Positions 20,996 through 30,182 of a stretch of DNA of 64,000 nucleotides are shown one piece after another. The notes beneath the pieces were generated by a model that was not told the origin of the DNA, did not search any database, and saw only the letters and a program-made list of their open reading frames with translations. The position numbers and the translations under genes were made by a program. The DNA comes from a virus: IMG/VR virus record IMGVR_UViG_3300033146_003479, positions 32,001 to 96,000 of that record. The stretch is one strand, 5' to 3'. The stretch's first letter is position 1, and the number at the start of each line of letters is the position of its first letter.

Positions 20996-21726
20996 AAAAA
21001 AAATTGTTGAATTGCTACCTCTTGTTCGAATCCACACTCTTTATCTTCACAAGTCAATGTCTTTGAATAAATTAATTTTGGACTATTTCTAATGAAATCT
21101 TCAACGTCGACTACAAATTTTGCAGGCAAAGATAATATAAATTCTCTCAATTCATCTCGGTCAAAATCAGTCTTAGTTTCATCGCCAATTGTAACACTAT
21201 CAATTGAATTTAAAACATTTTCTATCATAGATTCCTCAGATAACTCTTTAACGCCTAAAATAATATCCTTATTAACCATAAACGAAGTCACTTTAATGGA
21301 AATAATAATGTCCTTTTCTGCACCCTCTCTAGATGGAATAGTGATATTTCGTTTAAAATTCTCATAGTTTTCAACATGAATATCATTAATTAAAATATTC
21401 TTCGAATATTCTAATCCACAATTCTCACACTTAACTACAACTGGAATACTCTCAGAATCACTATTTAATTTGAGTTTCGCAAGAAGATATTGAATGTCTA
21501 CCAATGTGATATCAGACGCTTGCTTTGGAGTTAAAGCGTACTTTTCAACAACCATATTATATAATACATCCATTAAAATAGCATACTCTTGATTCATTTG
21601 GGCTTGAGATATTGTGAATTGATCCTTCACTGTATATGGAGTCCCTCGAACATCTTCATTTGTTGATAGTATTTTCTCACTAAAGAAAAAGGTATTCATC
21701 GCTTTAGATTCTTTTCTTAAATCCAT
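20983..21726 (-). CDS. gp26: T4_baseplate family hub protein (gp26-like)
   Basis: YTVKDQ, LTLVDIQYLLAKLKLNS, VKCENC, FIRNSPKL...LTCEDKEC and terminal FFF. Confidence 0.8.
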   Translation of the reverse strand: MDLRKESKAMNTFFFSEKILSTNEDVRGTPYTVKDQFTISQAQMNQEYAILMDVLYNMVVEKYALTPKQASDITLVDIQYLLAKLKLNSDSESIPVVVKCENCGLEYSKNILINDIHVENYENFKRNITIPSREGAEKDIIISIKVTSFMVNKDIILGVKELSEESMIENVLNSIDSVTIGDETKTDFDRDELREFILSLPAKFVVDVEDFIRNSPKLIYSKTLTCEDKECGFEQEVAIQQFFFSLV

Positions 21727-21773
21727 TATTTTCTCCTAATTAAATTAACATCACAACTATTATTTAGTGAATT

Positions 21774-24158
21774 CTAATTTTCTTCAAAATAAGTAAATGA
21801 AAAATTAACCTCGAATTTAGTTAAATCATCAGTTGAATCAAAACCAAATTCACTATATGTAACTTTTGTAGGATGCATATTATAAAATGTGAACTCTTTT
21901 ACTGGAGTTTGAGCGACCATATCATCCCCTAACTTAATTTGACTCGTGAATCGACTTTGACTGTTAGTTAATTGTGTACTATTAGATGGATTTATAAAAT
22001 CAACAAACGACTTGTGGAAAATTCGGTCATCAGTGTTCTCGTCAGCAAACCAGGTATCATGCGGTTTTCCCATTGCCATTAAGTAATTAAAAAAGAATTC
22101 TGGATAGGAAGGGACTAATGATGATGTAGGTAAACTTGATAGAGTTATCATATCATTCCATAACATATCTATTCCCACATTCGGATCCAAATTCCTAGCA
22201 ACATTTTCACTAATAAGCATTTTTTTAAAATCAACTAATGAGAACGTAAAGGTATATGCAGATAACGCTAAGGCTAATATCTGTAACACTTTCACACTCA
22301 CTCCTTTAACCTTATTTACAGTATCATTCACTTTTGAAAATCCTTTTTTGCCGTGAGGAAAAGTGTTACCTCGACTCTCTTTAACTAATTCACCATTTTT
22401 AACCACTAAAACATCATCGTCCAAATCGAAACTAAATGGATTGGCAATATTATTGAATGCATTTTGCTGTTCTCTATAAAATGTCTGCTCCAATTGTTTC
22501 TTCAAGCCTGCCATTCTAGTTTTCCCATAGCCGGTACTACCAGTCATAGAGCCTATCGGAATTAAATTCTCATCAAAAAAATAGCCATTCGTTAACGACT
22601 CATTCGCAGCAATTTGTTTCAAAATATATTCAATTTTTTCTTTCATATCCTTATTTGTATATTTTTTACTTTTTTTAAATGCCATCAGTCTATCTTTAAA
22701 TGTACTTTTAAGATTCTCATATTTTTTTTGTCCAACCTCATATTTATCTGATGATTTTCGAAGTCCCTTTTGAATCTCATTAAATGTATCTTTCAATGAA
22801 TCAAAATAATTTTCTTTAGATCCATTTTTCTGCAAAACTCCATATTCAATTCCCATATCAATATGAGTTTGCTCTATAATACTTTTTATTTCTGGATTTT
22901 CTAATAATTCATCCCAAGATTCTCGATATTTTTCATCAGAAAGTTGTTCAATTAACGCATCTAACTCCTCTTCAACTGATATTCTCTCATATTCAGCATC
23001 CGGTTTTCCCAAAGTTAAATTTTTTATGCGAGTTAAATCCGAGTCAGAGACAGAATCATCCTTATTTGCTGTTTCGGCGATAGCATTTAAAATATCATTG
23101 TTCTTAATATTTTCAATTAAGTCTGGGCTTGCATATTGAATAAAATATTCCATCATTTTTTGACTTTGATTTGTCAAGGTCTCCGTTGCAAAATCTCCAT
23201 CAGAATGTTCATTATCTAATATTCCAACTCCAAAAGCGGCTAACTCTGATGCCCATTCAATTCCGGCTGAAGCATAAACAAAAGTTATTTTAAATGTTTT
23301 CTGCAGAGTTTTCAAGAAAGTTGTGTTATAATACCACTCTCCATCTTTAACATTTTCCATCTCATTAACTACATTTCGCCACGATGTATGAAAATCGTTA
23401 AAATGCTTCTCATAATAAGTCTGATCGGTTGAGACTGCTCCTATAGATTCCTTCATATCATACTTTAGAGTATCCTCTTCGTGTAATTGACCTGGAGTCG
23501 TAATATCTTGTGATCCAACTACTGGGAAATATTGATATACTTTAACTTTTGGACAAACATAATCTCTAAAATATCGCATTCTCGTAGTAATAGGTTTTCC
23601 CTCATTATCGAGAATATACATATTATCCATCCAAATCTTGAAAAACTCACTTAAATTAAAGTACTTTAAAATTTTACCACTAGTGTTATATTGATAAACT
23701 TTATCATAAAAACTCACACTAATATCATCAAAATCAGTCCCTTTAGGTAAAGTCCACTCACGATTCAATATCTTCACTTGTCGAGTATTATTAGTTTGAT
23801 TTAATCCTGTAACTTTATGAGCCAAAACTTTTAAGTGAGCATTAGACTGATCATCTGGTAAAAAAACATCTAGAAATAAATCAATAAACTCATTAGTCTT
23901 TGTATTACGAAATGATTTAAAAATCTCTCTGGTTCGAGCATCGATAATCAATTCAAATTCAAACCAACAATTCTTCGGTACCTGAGAAACTAAATTTTTC
24001 ACATGAACATTATTAACTTCTCCAAAAGATATTGAATTAAATGTGTCTATTTTATCAAGTTTCTCTCCCGTATATATATTAGATCTATCAGATCTAATTG
24101 GACGACTCTCTCCTCTAGAATCCTTTAATGGAGGAGAACTTGAAATTTTACCGGGCAT
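21774..24158 (-). CDS. Tail-tube-fold protein (gp54/gp19-like) with a large internal insertion
   Basis: N-part DISVSFYD..FFKIWMDNM..YFRDYV..VKVYQ and C-terminal FTFYNMHPTKV..FGFDSTDDLTKFEVNFSFTY flank about 530 unrelated residues. Confidence 0.6.
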   Translation of the reverse strand: MPGKISSSPPLKDSRGESRPIRSDRSNIYTGEKLDKIDTFNSISFGEVNNVHVKNLVSQVPKNCWFEFELIIDARTREIFKSFRNTKTNEFIDLFLDVFLPDDQSNAHLKVLAHKVTGLNQTNNTRQVKILNREWTLPKGTDFDDISVSFYDKVYQYNTSGKILKYFNLSEFFKIWMDNMYILDNEGKPITTRMRYFRDYVCPKVKVYQYFPVVGSQDITTPGQLHEEDTLKYDMKESIGAVSTDQTYYEKHFNDFHTSWRNVVNEMENVKDGEWYYNTTFLKTLQKTFKITFVYASAGIEWASELAAFGVGILDNEHSDGDFATETLTNQSQKMMEYFIQYASPDLIENIKNNDILNAIAETANKDDSVSDSDLTRIKNLTLGKPDAEYERISVEEELDALIEQLSDEKYRESWDELLENPEIKSIIEQTHIDMGIEYGVLQKNGSKENYFDSLKDTFNEIQKGLRKSSDKYEVGQKKYENLKSTFKDRLMAFKKSKKYTNKDMKEKIEYILKQIAANESLTNGYFFDENLIPIGSMTGSTGYGKTRMAGLKKQLEQTFYREQQNAFNNIANPFSFDLDDDVLVVKNGELVKESRGNTFPHGKKGFSKVNDTVNKVKGVSVKVLQILALALSAYTFTFSLVDFKKMLISENVARNLDPNVGIDMLWNDMITLSSLPTSSLVPSYPEFFFNYLMAMGKPHDTWFADENTDDRIFHKSFVDFINPSNSTQLTNSQSRFTSQIKLGDDMVAQTPVKEFTFYNMHPTKVTYSEFGFDSTDDLTKFEVNFSFTYFEEN

Positions 24159-24173
24159 ATTATAACCTCTCTA

Positions 24174-25289
24174 TTACCAATAACTAAATTTTGCTTTTGC
24201 CATTACGTCAAAAAACGTATTTTGTTGTATAATATTTAGCAGTTTATTTTTTCCCATAGAAAGAACATACTCATTTACATCCTTCCCTTCAAGACGAATA
24301 TCATCAGGCAACAATGTAATTCCTATTTTAATTCTATCCTTCAACTCTAAACTAAAATCAATCGCTTTGCCAACTATTTTTCGGATTTCACGATTATATG
24401 GCTCATTATCAAATACAATAACTACCTCTTTAACGCCAATAGCCATCAATTTCTCCATATGACGTTTATAATTCGAACTATTTAATGATATTGCGTTCGG
24501 TAGGAACAAACTATCTAAATACCCCTCAGTAGCATAAACTCGATTGTGAATATTAATATTTTCTAAATTACCAATCATAACATCATCAGTTAATTGAACC
24601 GATAAGTATCTAACTCCACCAGTCAGCAACGATCTACCTTGAATTGCTATAACTTCGTTAGTTCTATTCTTAATGAACCAAAAAACTCTAGGATCCTCTT
24701 TGAATTGTCTATTTGATGCAATAGAAGTATTCATAAACGCTTTTAATGGTTTATAAACATATTCATAAAAATTATCAGTATAAAACATATTCGAATTCAA
24801 TGGAATTGCTCTATTTAATATATATGTCTTAGGGATAGACGAATCTCTCATATCAGTAAGCCTCTTTACGAAACCGCTATTCATCATATCATCTAAGAAC
24901 TCATTCAATTCATCATTCGAAACTGATTCATCAAATAAAGATGACTCTTGAGTTTTTCGCTGTTGTTCATCTGTCATATTTCGCAAAATCATTTTATCTT
25001 GATATTGCTTAAACATTATTTCCTTATATCGTTCCGGATGATTATTTTTCAAAAACCAAATTAATGCTCCAGTTGACTCATGACAATTGTGACAAAAGAA
25101 AATATATTCATAATCTCCTTTTTTATTCGGCTTCCATAAAAAATAACCACGTTTACTATTAGACTTTTCTCCATCTCCACAAATTGGACATTGAAATCTA
25201 GCATTATCTCCTTCCCATCTAAATAATTTTAATCCTAATGACTCTATAATTTGTTTTGATTCCACTTTAGATAACATTTTAATTCTCAC
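24174..25289 (-). CDS. gp61: DNA primase (T4 gp61-like)
   Basis: Zn finger FQCPICGD...FFCHNC; TOPRIM motifs TEGYLDSLF and VFDNEPYN; KDVNE. Confidence 0.92.
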   Translation of the reverse strand: MRIKMLSKVESKQIIESLGLKLFRWEGDNARFQCPICGDGEKSNSKRGYFLWKPNKKGDYEYIFFCHNCHESTGALIWFLKNNHPERYKEIMFKQYQDKMILRNMTDEQQRKTQESSLFDESVSNDELNEFLDDMMNSGFVKRLTDMRDSSIPKTYILNRAIPLNSNMFYTDNFYEYVYKPLKAFMNTSIASNRQFKEDPRVFWFIKNRTNEVIAIQGRSLLTGGVRYLSVQLTDDVMIGNLENINIHNRVYATEGYLDSLFLPNAISLNSSNYKRHMEKLMAIGVKEVVIVFDNEPYNREIRKIVGKAIDFSLELKDRIKIGITLLPDDIRLEGKDVNEYVLSMGKNKLLNIIQQNTFFDVMAKAKFSYW

Positions 25290-25341
25290 ATACTAATCAA
25301 TAATATAATAATATATCAATTATTATATTTTTTAACGAAAA

Positions 25342-26862
25342 TTATGCAACCTGCATTTCAATTTGATAAGTGTTATGTTTATATCCTTCTCTGCGATAAA
25401 CATCTTCCTTGACCTGAAGCCATTTGAAAATATTATTATGCTGTTTACCTTTAATGGGAATTTTATCAAAGAAATCATAAATCGTAGCCATTTTTTTACC
25501 CGAATAAAGTCTAATGGCTCTACCTATCATTTGAATGGCTAATATATCAGCGGACTTAAACGGAGTAGCAACTACAATCTGAAACACATTTGGTATATTA
25601 ATTCCTGTTCCCAAAATGCTCAAATTCGCAACTAGAATTCCTCCACATTTCTTTATTTTCTCTAATATAACTTGTCTATCTTTTTCTTTAATTTCACCAT
25701 AAATCAAATAAACATTATCATACTTCTCTTTCAGTTTCGCATACATATCCTTCAAATAATCAATTCGATTACCTAAAACTAGAAATGTTCCAACTGGCTC
25801 ATTATTATAAACATTTTGGATGAAATTCACGATCAAATCTCGTCTCTCCGGACACTTTAATACTGCCGAATACTCCTCATCAAACGTACTCAACTCTAAT
25901 TTCTCCTTCGTTTTCCATTTCAAAACAGTATTCTTCACTAAAAATTCAGACAAATGTCCTTCACTAACTAATTCAACAGTCGTCTTCGTTCTAAATGGAG
26001 TTCCTAAATGAGACGTTACTTGATATCTCTCCAAAAGATCACTTTGCAAAGTTCCTGTTGTTCCCAATCTAAATTCAGCATTAATGCAATTCTCACTAAC
26101 ATATCGTAGTTTATTGGCTTTTGCTCCATGACACTCATCAATAATAATTCCTCTAAATTGCTCGAAGAACTCATATTCATATTTATAAAGTGATTGCCAT
26201 GTAGATATAATAATTTGGCTTGAAAAATTCTTTTCTTGTCCATGATAAATCTTTTCAATATTATTGACACGTTTATATCCGTATCCTATGAAATCCTTAG
26301 CCATCTGCTCAACTAAAGTTGTATTTGGAACTACTAATAATAAACGATCATTTTCCTCAAACTCATGATCTAATATCCATCTAATATATCCATATAGAAT
26401 TAATGATTTACCTGAGCCTGTTGGAGAAATCAAGGTTGCTTTCTGAATCTTCAATGCTTGCTTGATTGCCTTTCGTTGATAATCTCTCAATTCCATTTTA
26501 CCTGGTAACGATGGATTTAAAACTTTATCGAAATATATATCTATCTTATCAAAATGCTTCAATTCTCTAATACCAATATCTCCATTCTCAAATATCAACT
26601 CAATTTGACGACTGGAGCAAAACTCCATAATAGGTCTCAATAATCCCACAGGGGCTAATGCTTTATCGCGATTTGAATCCAAGTAGTTAATGAAGCGGAC
26701 TTCTCCGTCCCAACTCCCATTCTTATATGCTGGCATAAATTTAGCATTCGGATGCATATATTGAAAATTTAGATATAGTTCTTGAATGTCAATAATGTCT
26801 GATGAAGTTATACCTTCAACTAAAAAATAGACTTCGTTGATTTTCGTAAATTTTAATCCCAT
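25342..26862 (-). CDS. uvsW: UvsW SF2 helicase
   Basis: WDGEVRFI, LRDYQ, SPTGSGKS, STWQS, IIDECHG, GTTGTL, QMIGRAIR. Confidence 0.93.
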   Translation of the reverse strand: MGLKFTKINEVYFLVEGITSSDIIDIQELYLNFQYMHPNAKFMPAYKNGSWDGEVRFINYLDSNRDKALAPVGLLRPIMEFCSSRQIELIFENGDIGIRELKHFDKIDIYFDKVLNPSLPGKMELRDYQRKAIKQALKIQKATLISPTGSGKSLILYGYIRWILDHEFEENDRLLLVVPNTTLVEQMAKDFIGYGYKRVNNIEKIYHGQEKNFSSQIIISTWQSLYKYEYEFFEQFRGIIIDECHGAKANKLRYVSENCINAEFRLGTTGTLQSDLLERYQVTSHLGTPFRTKTTVELVSEGHLSEFLVKNTVLKWKTKEKLELSTFDEEYSAVLKCPERRDLIVNFIQNVYNNEPVGTFLVLGNRIDYLKDMYAKLKEKYDNVYLIYGEIKEKDRQVILEKIKKCGGILVANLSILGTGINIPNVFQIVVATPFKSADILAIQMIGRAIRLYSGKKMATIYDFFDKIPIKGKQHNNIFKWLQVKEDVYRREGYKHNTYQIEMQVA

Positions 26863-26899
26863 TTTATTCTCCTAAATATAGTAATTATATTTAGTGATA

Positions 26900-27298
26900 T
26901 TATGGATTAATCAATATTTCAATTGTGATGGACAAACTTCCCTTAGAACTGATAAATTTAAAAACATTTTCGCTTGGAGAATTAAACGTTAATTGCTTAA
27001 CATTCACTTCTATAGATTCATCAGTAGAAGATAAAATTTCTATTTCTCCTGTACCTTTTTTATATCCATCCAACGAATGCTCTGAATATTCAAATTGACC
27101 TTCCACATTTAATTGTGAATTACTAACTTCATACTTGATGATACAACGCTCACTATCATCGCAAGATTTAAGTTTCTGTATGAATTCATTCAAATTATCA
27201 GTACTCTCTGTAATAGTTCTACCTAACTTAGACAAAGCATCGTAGTTAATGGACTCATCCATTCCTCTCATAACATCCTTCATTGTAAATTCTTTCAT
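26900..27298 (-). CDS. Hypothetical protein
   Basis: ORF in a tightly packed run with coupled starts and stops. Confidence 0.5.
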   Translation of the reverse strand: MKEFTMKDVMRGMDESINYDALSKLGRTITESTDNLNEFIQKLKSCDDSERCIIKYEVSNSQLNVEGQFEYSEHSLDGYKKGTGEIEILSSTDESIEVNVKQLTFNSPSENVFKFISSKGSLSITIEILINP

Positions 27299-27302
27299 TT
27301 TT

Positions 27303-27797
27303 TTAACCTCGTATCATCACATCAGACATATTTTCATAACCACGTATGAGATATGCTATTTTTGTCTTAACTTTACCTAATTGAATACTCTTAAACTTAC
27401 TCTTATTAATATAAATCTTACCTCCACAATTCAACATTATCATCAGGGAATCAGCACTCATTGAAACTTTCTTTAATATATCTTTATGGAAAAGTGTCAC
27501 TAAATTTTCAGTTTTCTTCCCGAATGATATAATTATCTCTTTTCCTACTCGTTCATCCAAAAACTCCTTGACGTTATCTAATGTCAAAGTATCATCTGCT
27601 TTAATAACTTCATCTTTGGGTTGGTTGTCGCTCTCATTAAACGGATTCATTACGGATTCTAAAATTTGATTCTGCTGATTCATCATCGAAATGCTATTTG
27701 TAGTTGGAACGTTTTTAGATTGCTGACCTAAAAGTCGATTCATATTAGCACTAAAACCGCTCATCATATCTTCCATAGAAACTTTTCTGGGGCTCAT
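27303..27797 (-). CDS. Hypothetical protein
   Basis: ORF with AGGAG RBS; ILES and FNES motifs. Confidence 0.5.
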   Translation of the reverse strand: MSPRKVSMEDMMSGFSANMNRLLGQQSKNVPTTNSISMMNQQNQILESVMNPFNESDNQPKDEVIKADDTLTLDNVKEFLDERVGKEIIISFGKKTENLVTLFHKDILKKVSMSADSLMIMLNCGGKIYINKSKFKSIQLGKVKTKIAYLIRGYENMSDVMIRG

Positions 27798-28247
27798 TTA
27801 TTTCTCCTTCTTATCGGTTATTATATAAATCTCTGTACTTTGTTTCATAAATTGAATATTCAATGAAACTCCATCTCCTTCAAATATCACCTTATCAACT
27901 TCAGTTAGAAATAAATTAATCATTGCATCCTTATATGTTAAGTTCAAGGTCAACATACTTCTATCTATAGTTATACCTTCTAATTCTCCATACACTCTAC
28001 TTTCAACTTTATCTCCACCAAGTTGCTTTTTGATTATCTGAAGTTCTCTATGATTACTTTTAAAATCATCCAGATACTCCGATAATCTCGGAATGGCTTT
28101 CTCTAGTGGCAATTCATCACGGAATTCATTAGATGAATTTGATTCATCACTAGAATCATTTTGTCCAATTTCACTCAATGTCTTCTCATCTTCAGTAAAA
28201 TAACTTTTATTATATTTAGCCATCGCCGATAATACACTGTTTTTCAT
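27798..28247 (-). CDS. Hypothetical protein
   Basis: ORF overlapping the upstream gene stop by 4 bp; GAGGAG RBS. Confidence 0.5.
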   Translation of the reverse strand: MKNSVLSAMAKYNKSYFTEDEKTLSEIGQNDSSDESNSSNEFRDELPLEKAIPRLSEYLDDFKSNHRELQIIKKQLGGDKVESRVYGELEGITIDRSMLTLNLTYKDAMINLFLTEVDKVIFEGDGVSLNIQFMKQSTEIYIITDKKEK

Positions 28248-30172
28248 TTTTGTTTCTCCTCACTTAAAAAGTTCATTATTTTTTTACATATCTCATTTCG
28301 ATGAAATCCTGGAGCGATATTACCATCTTTAATTTGTTGAATCCAATGATCGGATCGATCACGATAATTTGAAAAATTCTTCAGTACATATTTAGCCAAT
28401 TCAAAATCATCATTGATAACTATGATATCTAACACAATATCATCTATATGATCAATTCCCCTAAATAATTCAACTGAATCGTTTTTCAAAATAGCATCAA
28501 TCAATAGTTTATAGTTTGCTCGATATTTAAAATTAATCAATGGACTAGAATATTCAATACTCATAGATCTCACTTGGTACATTAAAGACTCAATAATTGA
28601 ATATGAAGCATATTCATGAAAATAGGTTTCACCAAGAAGCATCTTAACCGCTCGCAAATCGTGTCCAGTTCGAATGAATTCAAAAATTTCATCAAATTTC
28701 ATACTCTTCGACTTCAATCTATCACGAACTTCATCATACGACAATTTCGATATTTCAGATGTCTCATTATTCTCTTCAAAGTTCAATGGAACATCATCAT
28801 TAGGATTAGTTCTTTCTATTAATTCAACACACTTTGTGATAAATATATCATCATACATATTAGTGTAATTACGAATCAATTTAATCCAATTATTACCATT
28901 CATATAAAATCCATCAAATCGATCAAATATTAATTTTACTATTTCAATATCTCTCGACTCCATCGCCATTTCAAATAGAATCATATATAACTTCATCTCA
29001 CGCATAACAATCGTCTCATTTTTCAATATTGCATCCAAAACGAGACCAGTTCGCTTCACACCATTGAACGATGAAGGATTATAATTTAATATACTCACAA
29101 TCATTAATTTACCATTCTTCATCTTAGCATTCAATAAAAATTCAACAACATCATATCGTTCACTCCCTCGAACCAACTTAACTATATGCTCCATTCGCAA
29201 TAAATTAAAATTCTTTTTAATCGTCTTCAATGGAAAGTTCAATAACTTAGAACTATCCATCATAGCATTACTAGAAGCGTCATTTTTACTTCGAATATTA
29301 GGTAATGTTTTAATATTTTGGATAATGGACGTTTTAAAAATGATAGTTTGGACTTTTTCAGTGGGATAAATAATACCATGAATATCATCAATTCCATCAT
29401 ATCCTAATTTTTGAAATATTAAATTGAATTTAAAAATATTATTTCTTGTTGCAAACGTCGGTTCATTATTCATAACGTTCATAATTCTATCTCTATGTTT
29501 TTTATCCGTAGATAAATATAAACATAAAATATACATATTTAAAAATATAGGAGTATCATGATCTAGAGATTCTATTTCGTCTTCGTATTTCTTCATCATA
29601 TCTTCCAATTCTTCTATCTCAGCCTCAATTCGTTCTCTTTCTGAATCATCCATAGCATCTTGATTCTCAAGATATTCTATATCGGAATAAATATCATCAA
29701 TTTCATTAGCATTCACATTCTTGTTAAATTCATCTCTAGTATGAGTATATGGATGAAATCGTTGGTTGGAGAGGGACGTACTAGAATGGTTTCGGATAAG
29801 GATTTCATCTTTAGGATACAAACGTTTTAATTTTTCGAGGTCTTTTTTGAAGTCTACTTCGGAGTACTTATCTGTGACAAGGATTTTATTTGAATTGGAC
29901 AATGTAAATATCGATGCATACTTTGCGTTGCCTGCGAATGGGAAGTCAAAATTATATTCACGTTTCGACTCTTTAATGTTATATGCATAGACACCTGCAG
30001 GTGTCACGTATGGAGACTTCGGATTCACTCCCTTTTTGATGACGTTGATGAAAGTAACGTAAGTGTTCTCCGTTGATGAATACTTATTCAATAGGTCATT
30101 CACGTACTCCTTTGGGTTATTCTCAGGATTACGCCTCTTCTCGTTTAAATATGACCAACTAAATTTATCCAT
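28244..30172 (-). CDS. Hypothetical protein: N-terminal ART-like candidate domain plus C-terminal ankyrin-like repeats
   Basis: TPAGVYAY and LGYDGIDD..GII motifs; repeated VVEFLLN / IEIVKLIFD / AVKMLLG / LAKYVLK helices. Confidence 0.45.
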   Translation of the reverse strand: MDKFSWSYLNEKRRNPENNPKEYVNDLLNKYSSTENTYVTFINVIKKGVNPKSPYVTPAGVYAYNIKESKREYNFDFPFAGNAKYASIFTLSNSNKILVTDKYSEVDFKKDLEKLKRLYPKDEILIRNHSSTSLSNQRFHPYTHTRDEFNKNVNANEIDDIYSDIEYLENQDAMDDSERERIEAEIEELEDMMKKYEDEIESLDHDTPIFLNMYILCLYLSTDKKHRDRIMNVMNNEPTFATRNNIFKFNLIFQKLGYDGIDDIHGIIYPTEKVQTIIFKTSIIQNIKTLPNIRSKNDASSNAMMDSSKLLNFPLKTIKKNFNLLRMEHIVKLVRGSERYDVVEFLLNAKMKNGKLMIVSILNYNPSSFNGVKRTGLVLDAILKNETIVMREMKLYMILFEMAMESRDIEIVKLIFDRFDGFYMNGNNWIKLIRNYTNMYDDIFITKCVELIERTNPNDDVPLNFEENNETSEISKLSYDEVRDRLKSKSMKFDEIFEFIRTGHDLRAVKMLLGETYFHEYASYSIIESLMYQVRSMSIEYSSPLINFKYRANYKLLIDAILKNDSVELFRGIDHIDDIVLDIIVINDDFELAKYVLKNFSNYRDRSDHWIQQIKDGNIAPGFHRNEICKKIMNFLSEEKQK

Positions 30173-30182
30173 ATGTTATCTC

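Noticed and set aside
20996-21037. Track start (GTG 21037) for the gp51-like ORF
   Set aside because: It lies inside gp26, has no clear RBS and gives a non-homologous N-terminus; a frameshift explains the ORF better.
21915-23520. Intein as the insertion in the tube-fold protein
   Set aside because: No Cys/Ser block A, no terminal HN plus nucleophile, and no LAGLIDADG motif.
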